Below the pieces are notes generated by a model. It ran no database searches and was not told where the DNA came from. It worked only from the letters and a program-made list of their open reading frames with translations. Positions 59,993 through 64,000 of a DNA stretch of 64,000 nucleotides are shown here, in pieces; the stretch's first letter is position 1; each line of letters opens with the position of its first letter. The position numbers were made by a program, and so were the translations under genes. Source of the stretch: Planctomycetota bacterium (lineage in GTDB: Bacteria > Planctomycetota > GCA-002687715 > CAIWVZ01); assembly GCA_044222185.1 (NCBI GenBank), contig JBGANV010000008.1, positions 160,001 to 224,000 on the forward strand, in the 5' to 3' direction.

Positions 59993-61024
59993 CTACTGAA
60001 CGGTGATCTGAATGCCACCGCTCAACGCGAAACCATCGACGTTCGACGGATCGACGACCACGAGCTGGGCGGAGACGACGAGCGGCACGCCGGAAGCGAA
60101 CGGCGCCGTGAAGTTCCCGGGGAATGGCGGAAACGCCAGACCGTTGATGAACGTGAGGCCCGGCGACAGCAGATTCACGTTCGCGATCTGGCCCGAGCCG
60201 GGGAGCTGGAGGGCGCCGCCACCCAGCGGCACGAGCACGTCGGGAATCGTGACGGCGATGTCGAAGCCCTGCCCGATGCTTGCGCTCGACACGCTGACGT
60301 TCGAGGGAACGGTCAATCCGCGCGTGACCAGCGCCGGCAGGCACGGGAAGGACTCGACGAGGTCGACCGACATCCCGGCGTTCGGCTGGTTCGCTTGATA
60401 GAAGCCGTTGCCCCCGGTGAACGTCAGGCGGACCTTCATGGCGAAGAGGCCGTTGGACGTCGGAAGCTGGGTCGTCGGATTGAAGAACGCTCCAGCGTGG
60501 CGGAGGTTCGTCGCCGTGCGGTGAGCGTTGAATCCGCCGGTGACGCCTGCCGACGACGTGTAGAAGATCGCGATGTCCGTGACGCCATCCCACACGAACC
60601 CAGCGGCCCCGAATCCCGGGAGCGGCGTCCAGGTGTTGAGCGTCCACGGGAACGTGTAGGGCCCGGACGTCAGGTCGTGGACGACCGTCGGACTCGCGAT
60701 GTTCGCCTCCCATTGGCCGGCGACGGGCGGGTTGGCCGCCAGATGTCCGATGGACATGCGCGCTTGCGGCGCGTTGTAGGTGCCGGCCGTTCCCGAGGAC
60801 GGCGCGATGGCGGCGTCGGTGAGAACGGCACCGGGGCAGACGCCACCCGCGGTGAGCTGGGCGGCGGTGTACACGTGAAGCGTGGCGAACCCGTTGACCT
60901 GCGCGAACGGAAACGCATTCGACGTCCCCGTCGTCGGGTTGTTGTTCTCGATGTAGACGAGCTGCGCCGGCACCATCGCTGCGACCAGCGACAGCACCAT
61001 TGAAAGTCCGGCAAATGAACGCAT
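59993..61024 (-). CDS. Secreted hypothetical protein with the shared C-terminal domain
   Basis: Signal peptide ends VPA|Q. Beta-sandwich N-domain (NAFPF...W.P.....FVWDG). Ends VVSAQLVVVDPSNVDGFALSGGIQITVQ. Confidence 0.8.
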   Translation of the reverse strand: MRSFAGLSMVLSLVAAMVPAQLVYIENNNPTTGTSNAFPFAQVNGFATLHVYTAAQLTAGGVCPGAVLTDAAIAPSSGTAGTYNAPQARMSIGHLAANPPVAGQWEANIASPTVVHDLTSGPYTFPWTLNTWTPLPGFGAAGFVWDGVTDIAIFYTSSAGVTGGFNAHRTATNLRHAGAFFNPTTQLPTSNGLFAMKVRLTFTGGNGFYQANQPNAGMSVDLVESFPCLPALVTRGLTVPSNVSVSSASIGQGFDIAVTIPDVLVPLGGGALQLPGSGQIANVNLLSPGLTFINGLAFPPFPGNFTAPFASGVPLVVSAQLVVVDPSNVDGFALSGGIQITVQ

Positions 61025-61281
61025 GGAATTCCTCACTCTCGGCAACGGTACGGTGGGCGATCCACGAACGCCTCCGCCACGCGGCGAAGGCCGGAACCGC
61101 GAACTGTTGCGAAGCTTACCTCACGGCGCCGAAGGCGTTGCGCTCCATCGCCGAGGGGCCGCACGGAATTTCCCGACTACCGGCGGTCAGGGACGCCCGC
61201 TGAGGGCGGCACGACGCGACGGGCGGGTGTAAGCTTCTCGCGCTGGCAGAAAATCCCAGGAACTGCCGGCAGGAGCCGCCC

Positions 61282-61746
61282 ATGGCGTCACTCACGCTCC
61301 GCAAGCACCTCGCAGCACCGCGTGACCGTGTCTTCGATGCTGCGGTGGATATCCGCAACTCCGCCGGCCGGATCAGCGGCATCAAGAGAGTCCACATGCT
61401 CACCGAGGGGCCGACGCGCGTCGGCACCCGTTGCGAACGGACTCGTACACACCAGGCGCGGGAAATGACCGAAGCCCTGGAGGTCGTTGCACTCGATCGG
61501 CCTGCGCGCGCGGCCTTCCTCTGCCGCAGTGCGACCGCGTCCTGCACGGCCGCCTACACGTTCCTCGCGGTCGGCGAGGAAACGGAAGTGGAGATCACGC
61601 TCGACGTGCGCCCCATCACACTCGTCGCGCGGATGACCACGTTCGTGACCAACGCTGCCCTCCACGCATGCCAGCGCGTGATCGAGCAGGACCTGGAGGA
61701 TCTGCGGCACTTCGTCGAAGGCAAGCCCGCGGTGGCGCTTGCCTGA
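61282..61746 (+). CDS. SRPBCC (polyketide cyclase/START-like) family protein
   Basis: AGGAG RBS. LAAPRDRVFD...I.GI..V.MLT.GP..VGTR..RTR pattern and C-terminal helix EQDLEDLRHFVE. Confidence 0.85.
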   Translation: MASLTLRKHLAAPRDRVFDAAVDIRNSAGRISGIKRVHMLTEGPTRVGTRCERTRTHQAREMTEALEVVALDRPARAAFLCRSATASCTAAYTFLAVGEETEVEITLDVRPITLVARMTTFVTNAALHACQRVIEQDLEDLRHFVEGKPAVALA

Positions 61747-61764
61747 CGCCGCGCGGACGGATCG

Positions 61765-62934
61765 TCACTTCGGCCGCGAGTCGGCGACCGGCGTCACGGG
61801 CTCGAACCTGACGTCGGCGAAATCCGTCGTGCTGTCGGACTTGGTCCAGAGCCCCGCGCGACCGTTGAGGAAGTAGCTGTCGACGGCGGTCGTCGTCGCC
61901 GCACCGTCGACCGTCGCGACGAGCTGCGTCCCGCGGGCGGAGAACTCCAGCGTGTGCCATCGGTCGTCGTCCGTGGGACACTTCACGACTCCGCCGGGAA
62001 GCGTCTTCCGGATCCCGTTCGCGACCCGAAAGATCCGCAGATCGGCCTCGGCAGCGTTCGCGCGTGCGACGAGGTAGTTGCCCGGATCCTGGAATCGCAG
62101 CACGACTCCGGCTGCGCGGTCGATCAGCCCCGCAGCGAAGCGGAAGCGCACGCGCCCGACGACGTCGGCGGCGAAGAAGCGCTTCATGATCGCCATGGGG
62201 AAGCGAATCCCCGTGCGATCGGCTTCCGCCTGGCGGAGGAAGCGCTGGCCGCCCTCTGCACCGATGACCCATCGCCCGAGCAGGCCATGTCCGCCGACGA
62301 CCGAGTCGATGGACCCAGGCACCTCGTTCACCCCCCCGTCGAGCGCGAGCGTCACGGGTTCGGTGCTGAACACGAAACGGGGCGGAAGGTCCGGGAACTG
62401 CTCCTCCTCGTCCTCGTCCTCTTCCGGTCGCGGGCCCAGGGTGACCGTGATCGTCAGCGCTTCGTCCCCGCGCTTGACGGCAAGAGTGGTGCGCTCGCCG
62501 ACGCGACGCGATCGAACTGCCTGGGCGAGCGTCGCCTTCGATGTCGTCGGGTCTCCGCCCAGGAGCTTGATGACGTCACCCGGTCGCAGCCCCGCGTCCG
62601 CCGCCCCGGTCAACGGGTAGACGTTCGTCACGCGAACGCCGCCTTCGACGGGCTCCGCGTCCACTCCGAGATAGGGCACGGGGATCACGTCATCGAGCGC
62701 CAGCCTGGCGTCCAGGTGCGCCTGCGCCATCTGAATCGAGATCCTCGCATCGAGCTTCATCAGCAATTCACGGCGCAGCAGGGCTGGATCATTGGTCGAT
62801 CCGTGGACACGCGCTTCAGTTCCCGCGGCAACGGGACGCTCGGCCGGCTCGATGGCCGGCGCAGTGGACGGCCGGAACCCACTCACGGACAACGCCAGAA
62901 CCGCCGCCACGACGCTACAGACCCAGGACTTCAT
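61765..62934 (-). CDS. Secreted PDZ domain protein with C-terminal concanavalin/DUF1080-like domain
   Basis: Signal peptide, PDZ (PYLGV...GVRVTNV.P..GAADAGLRPGDVI) and an acidic linker. Then DRAAGVVLRFQD..NYLVARANA.E, WHTL and GRAGLWTKSDSTT.F. Confidence 0.85.
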   Translation of the reverse strand: MKSWVCSVVAAVLALSVSGFRPSTAPAIEPAERPVAAGTEARVHGSTNDPALLRRELLMKLDARISIQMAQAHLDARLALDDVIPVPYLGVDAEPVEGGVRVTNVYPLTGAADAGLRPGDVIKLLGGDPTTSKATLAQAVRSRRVGERTTLAVKRGDEALTITVTLGPRPEEDEDEEEQFPDLPPRFVFSTEPVTLALDGGVNEVPGSIDSVVGGHGLLGRWVIGAEGGQRFLRQAEADRTGIRFPMAIMKRFFAADVVGRVRFRFAAGLIDRAAGVVLRFQDPGNYLVARANAAEADLRIFRVANGIRKTLPGGVVKCPTDDDRWHTLEFSARGTQLVATVDGAATTTAVDSYFLNGRAGLWTKSDSTTDFADVRFEPVTPVADSRPK

Positions 62935-63135
62935 CGTCATTCTCCGGGGAGGCGCCGATGGCATGCGAGCCCGCCGTTCGTGCGCGCGCGATGCGCCCCC
63001 CCACATCGGGCCGATGATAGCGATCGCCGAGGCGCCACAGACGGCGCGCCGGGCGGCCGGCGAACGCGCAACAGGTGTTTCAGCGAACGACGCTCCGAGG
63101 TCGAGACCCCAACGTGATAGCGTGTCCGCCGCCAG

Positions 63136-63789
63136 ATGATCGTCACCGGACTGAAGAGATACACCAGCGAGCCTGGTGCGGCCTTCTATCGACGGAAGTA
63201 CGAGCGCTCGATCGCGCGACGGATTTCCAACCGACTGGAGCTCCGCACCGTGCGACGTGCGCTTGCGGCCGCCGGGCCCGCCGAGACGATCCTCGACATC
63301 CCCTGCGGCGCGGGCCGTCTCGTTCCGACGTTGCTCACGCATGCGCGACGCGTCGTCTGCGCGGACATCTCCGCGCCCATGCTGCGGCAGGCGTCGGATG
63401 CGCTGGCTCCCGTGCGGGAATCCGGTCGCCTCGCGTTCACGAAGGCGTCAGTCTTCCACCTGCCGTTCCCCCAGAAGGCCTTCGATGCGGCGGTGTGCTG
63501 GAGACTCACGCATCACCTCCCCGACGAGACCGATCGACGCCGCCTCTTCGCGGAGCTGGCGCGCGTGAGCCGGCGGTTCGTCGTCGTTTCGTTCTCCGAC
63601 GGAGAGAACCCCAAGGGCATCCGCCGGGCGAAGAGCCGCAAGCGCGCCGGCCGCCAGACCAAGCACGTCACCTTGACGCAGGCTCAGGTGATCGCCGAGG
63701 CGAAGACCGCGGGGCTGGAACTGGCGGGGATCTTCCCCCTTTCGCGCTGGTTCTCCGTGGTGACGGCCGCGTTGTTCGTCGTGCGCTGA
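63136..63789 (+). CDS. Class I SAM-dependent methyltransferase (type 11)
   Basis: ILDIPCGAGR, ADISAPML, LPF...AFDAAVCWRLTHHL and ELARVSRRFVVVSF. Confidence 0.9.
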   Translation: MIVTGLKRYTSEPGAAFYRRKYERSIARRISNRLELRTVRRALAAAGPAETILDIPCGAGRLVPTLLTHARRVVCADISAPMLRQASDALAPVRESGRLAFTKASVFHLPFPQKAFDAAVCWRLTHHLPDETDRRRLFAELARVSRRFVVVSFSDGENPKGIRRAKSRKRAGRQTKHVTLTQAQVIAEAKTAGLELAGIFPLSRWFSVVTAALFVVR

Positions 63790-63859
63790 CGCGATCGCGG
63801 CGCGCTCTTTCCACGCGCGAGACTCCGAGCGTATGCTGCGGACCCGGAGGTCCTCGTCC

Positions 63860-64000
63860 ATGTTCGACATCAGCTCGCGCGCCGCGTTCGCCGCGGCAAT
63901 GACGTTCGTCGCCGCGACGTGCGGAGCCCAGACCACGATCTTCACGTTCAGCGGCGCCACACCCGGTGAGACGTACGGAGCCTCCGTGCGCGGAGTGACC
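63860..64000 (+). CDS. Partial (5' end) secreted protein, probably FG-GAP/integrin-alpha repeat
   Basis: GGAGG RBS, then MFDISSRAAFAAAMTFVAATCGA|QTTIFTFSGATPGETYGASVRGV. Runs off the window end. Confidence 0.65.
   Translation, partial: MFDISSRAAFAAAMTFVAATCGAQTTIFTFSGATPGETYGASVRGVT

Overview
This 64-kb window is very GC-rich bacterial DNA, most likely from an uncultured Planctomycetota lineage. That assignment is an inference from the ECF-sigma/Ser-Thr-kinase modules, HDOD, alpha-2-macroglobulin, FG-GAP/CHRD secretome and REP-like repeats. The left third is mostly housekeeping and metabolic: a tandem M14 peptidase pair, modABC, a cupin, cysS, kynU-kynB and HDOD-sthA. It also hides an AhpD-like selenoprotein (CxxU with a SECIS-like hairpin) that the ORF track truncates, a displaced duplicate of the cysS 3' end, and four copies of a structured intergenic repeat with compensatory base changes. 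From about 18.7 kb onward the window is a secretome and signalling region. It holds a thioester alpha-2-macroglobulin divergent from a clostripain carrying a helix-hairpin-helix domain, and four ECF sigma factors. Two ECFs lie tail-to-tail with paralogous kinase-TM-FGE/CLec sensors, one has a double zinc-finger anti-sigma facing a CHAT protease and an S8 protease, and one has an anti-sigma-vWA fusion. Five unrelated secreted proteins, one gene remnant and an internal segment of the S8 protease share a roughly 110-130 aa domain, a candidate sorting or anchoring signal. Nearly all signal peptides are followed by Gln. No rRNA, tRNA, CRISPR array or intact mobile element was seen. All calls are by-eye motif recognition, with no database searches run.
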